Assembly: GCA_030704615.1 (NCBI GenBank)
Contig: CM060733.1
Span: 13,764,001 to 13,828,000, forward strand
Direction of reading: 5' to 3'
Length of the DNA stretch: 64,000 nt
DNA from: Takakia lepidozioides
Taxonomy: Eukaryota > Plantae > Bryophyta
Shown here: positions 52,476-64,000 of the stretch, piece by piece
Position numbering within the stretch: position 1 is the first letter of the stretch
Layout: each line of letters starts with the position of its first letter
Program-made: the position numbers and the translations under genes
The notes under the pieces: model-generated
The model's database searches: none
What the model was told of the DNA's origin: nothing
The model's input: only the letters and a program-made list of their open reading frames with translations

Positions 52476-52804
52476 TTTAAATCAGGCACGTCAATCATAC
52501 CACAGCTTCTAAAAGAGAATCAAGGGAGTCCATAATGCCTCTTCTTGCTCTTCTGGGCATGTGAAGATGCTTTGTGAGGCAGACTGACTGAAAGAGGCTC
52601 TACAACCTTTAAACCAATGAGCATTTCAGTCACATTATCCAAAGTGGATTCACACCAAGTGTTTTTCTCCTCAACCCCCTTGTGAACATGTATGTTAAGT
52701 GCAGGAGCATCATGAATGCACACCGAGTGTTCAACGGAATGCCTCAACGAACTTTGATCACGTTGAATATAATGTTGACAGGATTTAACATGGGTGTGGT
52801 AGGA

Positions 52805-53140
52805 ATGCTTTGGAGACCTATGAGCAACTGTTGCGCGAAGGGGTGAAGCCCAACCACATCGCATTTGTTTGTAATGCATGTGCAAGCCTAGGAGCTATGG
52901 AAAAGGGCAAAGAGGTCCATGGTGATATCGTCAAATCTGGAATTGTACCCAATGTCATTCTGAACACTGCCCTGGTGGACTACATGTATGCCAAATGTGG
53001 GTGCATCGAGGATGCAAAGGAAGTGTTTGACAGTATGGCTGAACGAGATGTGGTGTCGTGGAGTGTGATGATTGCAAGATATGCACAACAAGGGCACGGA
53101 TGGAGGCTTTGACCTATGAGCAATGATGCGGGAAGGGGTG
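52805..53140 (+). pseudogene. PLS-PPR fragment
   Basis: ORF 52810-53112, including VKPNHIAFVCNACASLGAMEKGKEVH..ALVDYMYAKCGCIEDAKEVFDSM. Confidence 0.85.
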
Positions 53141-54984
53141 ATTCCCCGTGGAAAAATAGCTCCAAGAAACCTTCATGGGTAGATGGTCAACTGGAAGCCG
53201 CAGCAGCAGCGACACAATTGATAAAATCAGGCAATGCTAATCAAGGCACCTTCTTCAACCCATTTCACTCTGTTTTCCCCTCTTATCAGAATCGCCCTAA
53301 ATTTTCATGTTTTAAGAATTTTGCAAGTTAGCTGGTTGAGTGAACCTTTGATAGTTTGGAGTGACTTTGACATGATACTGCCAAAGTGACAATAGGAAAT
53401 TATCCAGAAATAGGTAACAGAGAGGAGAAGTTGTGGAATGAATACTTTTCTGACCCCAGTCAATGTTGGGACAACCATCTTGGAAGGTAAATGCCTTCGG
53501 ATTACAGAGTGGTAGATGCAATTGAGAATAGGAACTGGTGTGATAAGATGAGTTGGGTGTTTGCTGGAACAAATCTAGGCTGCCATTGTCAGCTGCTAAC
53601 AGCAATGCAAGGATGTATGCATGATCTGTGAAGAGGCATGGATAGCTGAAGGAGCAGGGATAGAGTGTCATCCAAGAGGGCCAGATTTCAAGCTCCAGAT
53701 TACTTATGATTCCCTGTGGAGGGTTAGCTATAAGAAACCTGCCTGGGTAGATGGTACATAGTTTGGAGTGATTTTGACATGATACTACCAAAGTGACAAT
53801 AGGAAAGTATCCAGAAACATGTAACAGAGATGAGGAGAAGCTGTGGAATGAATGCTTTTCTGACCGCAGTCAAGGGTGGGACAACCGAGGGAGAAAGGTG
53901 AATGTCTATTAGATTACAGAGAGTAGGAGACGCAACTCAGCATAGACACTAAGGCAAACTCTCTTTCCCTGCAAATGGTGTGTTTTGGTATCTGAGCGAA
54001 TAAATATAATTACTAAAAACATAATTTCAATATTTTGTTATTTAATAATGTTCTCATCCAGGGCACTGTCCATTTTTCCTATAATAGAATAATAATAATA
54101 ATAACAATAAATTAAATCCATTAATATTCAAACTTAATATTGGAAATTAAATAATAATTAATTAATGTGTACCACCACACAGGAACGAACACGTGTTGCA
54201 TAGTGACTTGTCGAAGGTGTGAAATATGACACGTGTCGCATAGTGGCTTGTTCAAGGTGTGAAATCCGCCGTGAAACATGCCACATTGGCCTTTTTTCAC
54301 ACTCTGTCATGTTAGCTATGCCATCGGCCATGTCAACGGCCATGTCACCATGCACCCCGTGAAAAAAGCCCACTCATGGAAAAAGCCTCCCGTGGAAAAA
54401 GCCACCCATGGACTTTTCCACAGGGCCACCCGAGAGCCAGGCCGTCCACGGGGTGTCCGAAAGCACTAGTCGTTCCTTACACCCACGGCAGGTGTGGACT
54501 GCGGCTAATTCCACAACAAAAAGTGTGGAAAAAACCGTGGAAAAAGCCGGTTTCTCTTCTAGTGTAGCAGGAAGGCAAAGATATATGCATGATTTTGTGC
54601 AGAGGCATAGATAGCTGAAGGAGCAGGGATAGAGTGTGAGTCCAGATTCATCCAAGAGGGCCGGATTTCAAGCTCCACATTACCTATGATTCCCTGTGAA
54701 AGGATAGATACAAGAAACCTGCATGGGTAGATGGTCAACTGGAAGCCGCAGCAGCAGCGACACAATTGATAAAATCAGGCATTGCTAATGAAGGCAGCGT
54801 TCTTCAACACATTTCACCCTGTTTTCCCCTCTTATCAGAATCGGCCCTAAATTTTCATGTTGAATTCTGCAAGTTAGTTGTTGAGTGAATCTAGTTTGGA
54901 GTAACTTTGACATGATATTGCCAATGTCACAAGGATATGCATTGAACTCATTGGTAGCGGGATATTGGGATAACTCTTGGCCAT

Positions 54985-55975
54985 GTGCCATTGTCAAAGC
55001 TGAAATTGTACTAGTTGTCATTCTGAACACTGCTCTGGTGGACATGTATGCCAAATGTGGGTGCAGCAAGCCTGATGCGAAGGGAGAGTTCGACAACATG
55101 GCTAATTGAGATGTGGTGTTGTGGAGTGCCATGATTGCAAGGTATGTGCAGCATGGGTGTGGGATTAAGGCTTTGGAAACCTAAGAGAAAATGATGTGGG
55201 AAAGGATGAAGCCAGACTAGGTCATGTTCATTTGTGTTTGTAATATGCATATGCGATAGAAGCCCTGGGAAGGGGCCAAGAGGTTCATGGTGACATCATC
55301 AAAGCTGGAATTGTACCTGATGTCATTCTGAACATTCCCCTGGTGTACATCTATATCAAACACGAGCCTGGTAGCCCTGGAAAGGACGCAAATGTCCATG
55401 GTGACATCGTCAAAGCTGGAATTGTACCACTAGATGTCTCTAAACACTGCCTTGGTGGATATGTATGTCAAATGCAAGCCTGGCAGCCCTGAAAAAGGGT
55501 GCAGAGGTCCACAGTAATATTGTCAAAGCTGGTTTTGTATCTGATGTGATTCTGAACGTTGCCGTAGTGGACATGTATGCCAAGTTTGGGTACAACTACA
55601 AAGATACAAATGACATGCAGTTTGATAATATGGCTGAATAAGGTGTGGTATTAGCCTAGCCCATAATTGCACTTAACTGGAGTAAGCAATGAATGAAGAC
55701 GGGGTTCGTGGTGACATCGTCCAAGCTGGAATTGAACTGATGTCATTATGAAATATGCCCTTGTAGTGAGGGCGTGCAGAGCAAGAGCGCGGGATGAGGC
55801 TTTGGAGACTTGAAAGATGATGGGCGAAGGGGTGAAGCTCGACCACATCATGTTTGTGTGCGTTTGCAGTGCGTGTGCAATCCTGATAGCCCTGAAAATC
55901 ACATGCAAAGAGGTACATGGTTGCATTACCAAAGCTGGAATTGTACAAGATGTGATTCTGAACAATACCCTCTTG
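54985..55975 (+). pseudogene. Highly degenerate PLS-PPR repeats
   Basis: VILNTALVDMYAKCG and several catggtgacatc.tcaaagctggaattgta copies, with stops and frameshifts. Confidence 0.75.
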
Positions 55976-57359
55976 GGCATGGATAGCTGAATGAGCAGGG
56001 ATAGAGTGTGGGTGTAGATTCATCCAAGAGGGCCGGATTTTCAAGCTCCAAATTACCTATGATTCACTGTGGAATGATAGCTACAAGAAACCTGCATGGG
56101 TAGATGGTCAACTGGAAGCCGCAGCAGTAGCGGCACATGATAAAATCGGACACTGCTAATGAAGGTAGTGGATTGCTGAAGTTCGAGAGATGCCGGTGTA
56201 TGTCTGCTCAGGCATTTGGAAGTCTACATAGACTTTGCAGTTTTGTGCATTTTTGAAGCAGCACCGGATTAGATTATGGAACGGATCTTTGAACATTAAG
56301 TCACGTTGTATTTGAATCGATGTTCCAATTTCAAATGTGCTTTCATGTTTTAATGGTGTTTTCGCGTGCTTTCAATGGTGCTTTCATGTTTCAATGCTGC
56401 TAGAGTTAGGCCCATGACCACGGTCATGTACACGACTACCTCCCATCCACAGAGCCTCCGCCACGTGCCACGTGCAATATCTAGAGTGCGCCATGGAAGT
56501 CATATGTTCCATTCATAATGACCACCCCCATCCTGCATAATTTGACTCCACGTGTCATGCCACATGTCATGTCCAGTCTTCTTCACGTGTTGTCCTGGGG
56601 CTAATCTGCGGAAGTCGTATATGCCAGTCGTAAAGACCCTGTCGCCTTCCCATTGTCGTGACACGTGGCATATCCCTTCCGTTCCATATGAAGCTGACAT
56701 GGATCCACAGTCATTTACTACGGTCTTATCAATAACTACGATTAGGCGATTAGGAGCTCTATGTGACGCCTAATCCCCGTCTCATCGCCGTCCCCGTCCA
56801 CGACTGTCAGATACGACTCAACGACTCATTTGTCACAACTGACTGGGCAGTCATGCAGTCATAAAAGGCTGATACGATTGGAAAATAGCAGACGTAAAAG
56901 CCCCCATCTGTTGTATTGAATGCTTGTAAATTGCAAAAGGCCAAAAATGTACACACCAGCTTAGGCAAGCAGGGAAACACGCAGCCTATCCTTCCAGCTA
57001 TTCTGAGACTGCTAACTCCCCCTTACACGACGGTAGAGAAGATAGATTGCAAGCAGTCTACTCAGCCAGATTATATCCATCAAGCGGGAAGTACTATCAT
57101 TAGGATTTTAGAATTCAGTGGACTACAATGCAAGCTAGATGGCTAGATTTGAATTCAGTGGATAACGTAGTAGTTATGAACTCGACACCCTGTCTCCCGC
57201 GTTGCCAGTGTTGATGCGTATTAAGTAAGTTCATGCAACTTACTCCTTTATTCATGTTATTGCAATGCCCCAAGCCTAGCTCCTAACTCAGCTGCATGAT
57301 TCAAGGCCTCCCCATTGGCTGAAGTGAGTGGATGGCCTTGGGTCAGGAGAACACTGGCC

Positions 57360-57560
57360 GAACTTGCCATCATCTTTGCATTCCACGCCACCACATTTTG
57401 GTCAGCCATATGGTCCAACACTTGATTTGCATCCTCAATGGTGTAGCATTTGGCATACATGTCCACCGGGCAGTATTCAAAATGACATCTGGTACACTTC
57501 CAGCTTTGACAATGTCACCATGGACCTCTGTTCCCTTTTCCAGGGCTGCCAGGGTCGCAT
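57360..57560 (-). pseudogene. Inverted PLS-PPR fragment
   Basis: AALEKGTEVHGDIVKAG...DMYAKCYTIEDANQVLDHMADQNVVAWN. Confidence 0.75.
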
Positions 57561-57741
57561 GGCATACATTACACCCGGGCAGTGGTGCACCATGTTGTTA
57601 GCTTTTGATCATGATGGGGAAGTGGAAGCTATGTAAGTAACAACTAGTGTCAGCTTTTTCTACTGGCCTTGTGTCAATTGTTCTAATTTTCCATCCTCGG
57701 AGATAATATATAGTTAAGAGGCTTGCTCTCCAACCCAGTAA

Positions 57742-57915
57742 GGACACCCACTTGATGAACATGCAGATGATTGGCAAGTCGGATCCGTATATGATCCTAG
57801 ATATGTGTGCAAGGGTTTTGTTAAAAGAGAAAACACTAGTGCACATGATATTAGTAACCTCAATCCTGAATTACATGCTCAGACCTTCGCATTGAACAGA
57901 CTTCGATCTGGCTGG
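57742..57915 (+). pseudogene. Degenerate copy of CLB1 exon 9 (C2 domain)
   Basis: acccacttgatgaacatgcagatgattggcaagtcggatccgtat...aaagagaaaacac...aacctcaatcctgaat matches 32337-32475 with indels. Confidence 0.85.
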
Positions 57916-58799
57916 TTAGTTGTGCCACACCGCACCCATCAGGGAAGTATCTGTCAGTAATTGACGAAGCAAATATTGACAAGTGAACCTTTACGGGCCC
58001 AGTCACCGTGAACGTCCTGAGAGACTTAGGAGAACGTCGTTTCTGACTTTCCTGCTGTAAAAAAAAAGAAACATAGGTTAGGTTTGGATGATAATTGTTT
58101 CATCCAAAATTTGACTGGATGAAAAATCGGGCAACAAACCCTAGAGCCCTGCTAGAACAGATTCTGTCGAAATCAGGCAACTACGTTCGTTGCTCATGCC
58201 GTTTTCTGTTGCGTTTTCTAATTTCCTTTCTATGAGAACGCCCGTTTTTTACGTTTTCAAGCATTGATTTTGTGAACTCGTTTTCCGTTCGCGGTGACTG
58301 GGGGTCTCCAGGGACCTTGTTATATCCATGCTAGACATGCTTGCGTGGAACCCTTGTGAACAATGTTGACTGTCCCCTGGCACAATCCTGCCTCAATCCT
58401 GATGCAGTAATCCACTGCTATTCCAAAATAAATGCCATTGCAGGAACTCGTGTCAACAATCAAGATTGAAGATGACAGATGCACATGTAGTTAGCAAAGA
58501 CGTCGTGTTCCATTGAGTACTTCAGCCTGATGTCAGCTCGTCCTGAGAATTACCGTGCCTACTATAACTTTTTCGAGTCCTACCATGTGGAAGAAACTAT
58601 GAATTCATGAACTGATCGATTTGAGTTCTTCAGATGGTACATGTCTGCAACTTGTTGTGCATAACGCTTTTTTCACCGTATGAACAACATGTTCAGTAAG
58701 TACATTAATCCAAGTGCTTTCTGAAATTGTTGAAATCAGATGAAGTAACTAGTGAAGTTTTGAAAATACAGTCTAGCAGCTCTGCGCCTGTCATGTTAG

Positions 58800-59082
58800 A
58801 GTTAGTGCCCTCTGTCTTTGAGAGAAATCCCAAGAATTGAGAAACTCAGATTCTATGAATGGCTGCAACTAGCAGCCAAAAATCTAGTTTAGTAGCTGGT
58901 CAAGTCGATCCACCAAGTTACACCCATTCAAGTGATAAATTCGTGCAAGAAAAGCAGCCTCCTTCAGAGTGGGGTTGCAGAGTATAACATTGGCCAAGTT
59001 CTGGCAACTGGTAATCTTGTCGGTAGAGTGCGACTTGGTCTTGGTGGGCACGCTACCATCATTCCCAGCGAGAACCTTGTAC
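58800..59082 (-). pseudogene. Third, partial GPAT copy (last ~18 codons plus 3' UTR)
   Basis: [18 protein letters not shown], plus UTR similarity to 59670-59915. Confidence 0.85.
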
Positions 59083-59914
59083 GTAAAACGAAGAAGTCTG
59101 GAACTTGTACTTGCCAGTTCAAAACAGACGACATGACAAAGCTTTGTGAGGTAATTTTTGTGAAGCTCATATCCAGCTCTCTGGATGAGCGAGTTCCTGA
59201 CATAACTTCTAGACAGTCTACCACTTGAGGGGGTTCTTGACATGTTGAGTATATCCCAGCACAAGAAGATTCATGATGTAAACCACTGCAAAAAATAAAT
59301 GTTAAATGTTGCAGGTACTTGTTTCTATTTAATCGATGTGGAGTTAGCAAAGTCTACGAGATCCATTGAGTACTTCAGTCAGCGAGGAGAATGACCGTGG
59401 GTTGGCACAATAGTTTTTGTGAGGACCAGGACTACCATCTGGAAGAAACTATTCACAATATCATGTGAACTGCAGGATCGATTTGAATTGAAGATGGTAC
59501 CTGCAAGTTGTGCAGTACTTACGCAAATTTTCACCATGGTACAGTATGTACACTCGGAAACTGTGCTTTCTAAATTTCGAGTTTCTAAAACTACAATTGC
59601 CTTGCATGGATTAACTCTAGAGTGAAGTTTTGAATAATGTACAGTAGCTCTGCGCCTATCATTGTACTTAAAGTAAGCGCCCTCTCTCTCTGAGAGAATT
59701 CCCAAGAATTGATAAACTCAGATTCTATGAATGGCTGCAGCTCGCAGGCAATAATCTGGTTTAGTAGCAGTAAAGTCGATCGCAAAAATTTACAGGTCCA
59801 TTCACTGAATTCAAGCAAGAAAAACAGCCTCCTTCAGAGTGGTTTGCATGTGGAGTATAACGACCGAGTTCTGGCCCACGGAGTTATAGCAACTGGTACA
59901 ATCTTGTCGGTAGA

Positions 59915-61420
59915 TTAATGCGACTTGGTCTTGGCGGGCACGCTACCATCATTCCCAGCGAGAACCTTGTACTTGTCCCTGCGAGTGAAGTTTGTGCATT
60001 GGAAACTCAGTGTCCCTGCAATAACCCTTTGGATGTAGTTGGCCACCTCAACCGATGTTTTTCCACCTGCACATGTAAGCTCCATGGGCAGTTGGTTCAA
60101 AAACGTAACCTCGTAGACAGGCCTTGGGTTCATGAAGAAGAAGAAAGGATCCATGCCCTTCCACCCTGTGGCAGTCGTGCCGTGGAACATGGACATTCTG
60201 TTGAACATCGCCACGGGGGCGATCTTGTCCGTCAGCTCCGCAAAAAGCGCCGAGAATCGTAGAAGAAATGGCTCCCGGCATGTTGTTCCCTCTGGGCAGA
60301 TGGCCAAGTCTCCTTCTTCCAAAAGCTTGCTGATGTTGGCAGCATCTTGCTCTCTGTTGCGACTCAAAGCAACCGTCTTGATTGGGGACAGGGCCTCCGA
60401 GACACGTGAAATGGAGTATGTGACTGCTGTGATAGGTCGCCTGAGGGCTACCGACAGGAAGATGGGGTCCAATAAGGTCCGATGGGAGCAGATAAACATG
60501 ACTCCCTGTTTTCCATCCTTCACTGCAGCTGGGGGTGTTCCCGTGACCTTTACACGCACCCCGAGGGCAGCGAAAGCGTAGTATGTCAAGGACATGGGGA
60601 GCAAGGACGCTGCAGCAATCCGAAGCACGGCAAGAAGGAAACCGATAGGCATCCAGACGAGGGTGAGAAGTGCGTTGAGTGGAGTGGGGCGTTGCACAAG
60701 CCGCCCGTCGTGGAACACGATGGGCTTTGGCAGCTCCTCCTTTTGCACGGCTTGTACCTTGTTGGCGGGCACCACGTAGCCTTCCTTGCACAGAGCCATG
60801 AAGGGGTGGTCAGTCTTGCGGTCGCCGAGGCCAACGTCCGGTGCATCGTCCCCGAAAGTTGCCTTCAAAGCAATTTCTTTCTTCAGATCCACAAGGACGC
60901 CGGGGGCTTTGAGGAAACCTGTTGCGCGCCCGTTCCTGGTCACCTCGATCTCGGACCCAAGCACCGCATCGGCACCCAGATACTCCTTTGCAAAGGTCTC
61001 CACCATTATGCGGGGACTGGCAGTGAGTACATAGCGCTTCCCAAAGGAGGAAAACACGCGCCATGTCTCTGGGTGCAGATCCTCGCAGTAGAACTTTGGC
61101 AGAACCGCGCGGGCTACAGTCTGAATGTGAGTCACTTTGAGACCAGCAAAGGTGACAAAGATTAACACCTGGATCCCTGCAGCTTCTGAGACGAAGTGAT
61201 AAAGGAACCAGGCAATGGGGGCGAAGAGGAGGAGGAGGAGAGAACGGAGATAGCCGCCGGCCTCGAATGCCACCAGCATGAAATAGGGAAATGAGCTCCG
61301 CCCTCTGACCAGGGTGCCATCCAAATCGGATATCACCGTCTGTTTCTCTCGTCCATCGGAGCTGCATTTCTCAATGTAATCGAAGGGCTCCGGCCCAGAT
61401 ATCTTCGCCTTCGGACCCAT
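59915..61420 (-). CDS. GPAT: sn-2 glycerol-3-phosphate acyltransferase/phosphatase, GPAT4/6/8 clade, intronless, 501 aa (copy 2)
   Basis: Protein identical to copy 1; offset 22,938 bp. Confidence 0.95.
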   Translation of the reverse strand: MGPKAKISGPEPFDYIEKCSSDGREKQTVISDLDGTLVRGRSSFPYFMLVAFEAGGYLRSLLLLLFAPIAWFLYHFVSEAAGIQVLIFVTFAGLKVTHIQTVARAVLPKFYCEDLHPETWRVFSSFGKRYVLTASPRIMVETFAKEYLGADAVLGSEIEVTRNGRATGFLKAPGVLVDLKKEIALKATFGDDAPDVGLGDRKTDHPFMALCKEGYVVPANKVQAVQKEELPKPIVFHDGRLVQRPTPLNALLTLVWMPIGFLLAVLRIAAASLLPMSLTYYAFAALGVRVKVTGTPPAAVKDGKQGVMFICSHRTLLDPIFLSVALRRPITAVTYSISRVSEALSPIKTVALSRNREQDAANISKLLEEGDLAICPEGTTCREPFLLRFSALFAELTDKIAPVAMFNRMSMFHGTTATGWKGMDPFFFFMNPRPVYEVTFLNQLPMELTCAGGKTSVEVANYIQRVIAGTLSFQCTNFTRRDKYKVLAGNDGSVPAKTKSH

Positions 61421-64000
61421 GTTATGTTGTCGAGGAAGACCCGGTCTTTCGAAGCTACGTTCTGGCACTGTCAACAGGTTGTGCTCTAAAAGGATCTGAA
61501 TATGTCGATCGCGACTCTATCAGTCAGACAAGTCGGAGAGAGGGAGAGATGAGGGTGGTGGCAGCGGGGAGATGAGAGAGAGGGATGATGTGAGGGAGTG
61601 TGCGCAGAGTGCGGGGTATTATACTTTGCGGGGGCACACTGCTCAGTCAACTCTCGTTGACCACTACCCGCCGCGTCCAACACTGTTGCGAACGCGGTTG
61701 ATTCGCCGTCGGCCGCTGTCAACCGGGGGCCCACCTTCGGACCACGGTGTAGTTGTGGGCCATAACGGATGAGCTGTTGTTGGCGTTCATCCATCCTCTC
61801 ACCGCTGGGCAGATCTGACGGCGTGCTGGATTCAAAGTGCACTATGCAAAAGTAAATGTTGTTGCTGATGAGGCAGTCCAACGGTCATGTAGTACTGCTC
61901 GCCTAGAAGATCCACTCGGAAAATGGTGTAACATCATAACTAGAGAAGAATCTGAAAGATTGATGTTAAGTTAACTGATGTGACAACCAACACTCACAGT
62001 CCTTGTTCTGAACTACTTGTTTGCCTACTAGTGCACTTTGCATTTCTTCATTCGGTCTTCAACAGAATTGCAAAAAGTAGATATAGAAGATGACTTTAGC
62101 ATTATACACAGGAGGCTTGGTCCTATTTTACGGTAAAATATATGTATATCTTACTCTATTCTTTGATTTATTAAATCATGTTCAATCTTTGAATGTCTAC
62201 TAAGCTATATGTATTTTGCAGGTTTTCTTAGGACCGAGAGTATGTCCAAGAATTATAATCTAGACGTGAACCACTGTTGGCCCAAAGATCACAGGCTATC
62301 CAAACCAAACCACCCTGTTGGTTGTTACAAAGGTGTCCACCTTCCTATCGGAAGGCAATAGCCCTTTTGGGTCAAGTAACACCATAAGTTACGCTTGCTT
62401 CGACGTCCACTTTATTTATTTATTTTAAATTTAGACTTTCATTTGCAAGTTTCATTTTTTTTCTAGCCCTGCATGATGAAAGGTTCATATTTTATCTGGC
62501 CTTTCTTTTGAATGGCCCTAATTTTTTTGCCTTTCATATGGAACATTTTTGCAATTTGAAAGGCGTTGCAGTCTTCAAAATTGAATAGGCACGGAATGGT
62601 GGGAGTCTTCTTTCTATGTACTCAACAATTAATAGGAGATTTTTTTTTCTATTTCTACCAATTTCTTCATTTATCAATTTTTGGCACATTACACCGAGTG
62701 TGGATCCAAACCCAAATGGATGACAATCATCCAACAAAAACATTGGTCCCCTGAAAAGAGGGTCGCCGTCGATCGGCCAACAAAGGAAACTACCAGGCGG
62801 TTTTTTTATGGCCCACAACTACTCGACTGGCTGAAGGTGGCCCCCGCAATTGACTGTGGCTCCACCGCGTTTACAGTGCGCACAAACTCGGAAGTTGCCT
62901 GCTCCTCTCTGTCATGCTGGGATATTATATCATTTCTGTGTTGCTAGCAACAAGAGTAGGATTAACTAGAAACAAAGAGGCAGTGGAGATATTTCACATG
63001 TAGGTACCGCGGTTTCTATTAACTAATAGATTCATGTTTGCTGTTTTTTTTGGGGGCCTGTCTTTGCAGAGCCCATTGCTTACTAATTTAGTTAGTAGTA
63101 GACAACCGCCATGTAGCCCAGTGATAATGGGCACATACCACGTTGGATGTGGTTGTGGGTTCAAACCACGGTCTGGTGTGTCATGAAGGTGTCCACCTTT
63201 GAGCTGGAAGACAAGTAGCCCTTGTGGTGAAGAGACACCATAATTTACGCTCCCTTGGGGAGGCGTCATACTTTTTTTTATAGTAAATAGTAAATTAATA
63301 GGTAGTAAGAGGGGGCCCTCCTTTATATACCCTCTTACGGCGGTGGGATCCTTCTAGAAGGCCCTGGACACATGTCAGCCCTACAAGACTCCCTATCTAA
63401 ATTTGGCCAATTTAATATTCCTCCCTTCTTTTTTTTGGACCCCCAGATCTCATTCCTTACTATACAGGGTTGGGTGTTTGTGCCTTGCCTGTGCATAACC
63501 TAGGTGATCCTGGGTTCAATCCTTCAACATGTGCCTTCTGACCGTCCATTGGGCCCTCCATGGCCTGTGTGTTGAGCAGTAGGCTCTACAAATTCACCTG
63601 GACGTTAAAGAAACTTTATCTTCATCTTTATCTAATTCCTGGGCCACAGCAATTCTTGGACCACTGTAGAATGAATAGGGCCCGAATGAAACTGCTCTAC
63701 ATATCTACATGTTCACCCCATGTCCTTGTCTTGGCATGTTGGTCCTTGGGTACCTCTCAACAAACGAGGCAATTCAATGCCTGTTGTCTTTTGTAAAAGC
63801 ATATTCTAGTATTACAAAAATTTATACATTTGTTTTTATTTGTATTTGTGATGTCCGGCTGGGCTGCTAGGCAGAAGGAGGATACTATGATAGCTTTTGC
63901 TTTCCGTCCATAATATAATCTTTTATAAACTTCTTGAAGTGGGGAACATCCTAAATAATCTGTGGAATGAACTGACCTCATCAAATCTGAAAAGAAAGGG

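Larger units (their letters stand above)
49555..54564. mobile_element. Second CACTA TIR pair (different family) enclosing the PPR array; TSD not matched
   Basis: CACTAGAAGAGAAACCGGCTTTTTCCA at 49555 and its reverse complement ending at 54564 (29/30 match). Subterminal ccgtggaaaaa repeats at 54340-54545. Flanks are AGA and TAG. Confidence 0.65.

Noticed and set aside
63465-63530. tRNA-like GGTTCAATCC motif
   Set aside because: No cloverleaf or convincing A box; at most a decayed SINE head.

Overview
Eukaryotic nuclear DNA from a land plant, probably a non-seed plant (inferred from the PLS/DYW-PPR style and RTEX-like LINEs). The left half is gene-rich. It holds a truncated DYW-PPR remnant, a hAT remnant and a 7-exon glutamate decarboxylase. 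It also holds a head-to-head pair of SMP-C2 ER-PM tether genes (15-exon SYT4/5-like on minus, 11-exon CLB1/SYT7-like on plus), whose introns carry many RTEX-like LINE 3' ends with (CATTT)n tails, and a small PARP/ART-like ORF. The right half has two nearly identical intronless GPAT4/6/8-type genes 22,938 bp apart, separated by a TE nest. In that nest an L1 ORF2 is split in frame by a 6.4-kb non-autonomous CACTA element (perfect 19-bp TIRs, CAA TSD) whose cargo is PLS-PPR fragments. A second CACTA TIR pair encloses homologous cargo, including a PPR array amplified as an in-frame higher-order tandem repeat. The best candidate for an undescribed system is this CACTA-borne, tandemly amplifying PPR module. 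All exon models were read by eye from splice signals and protein-family knowledge; no database search was run.
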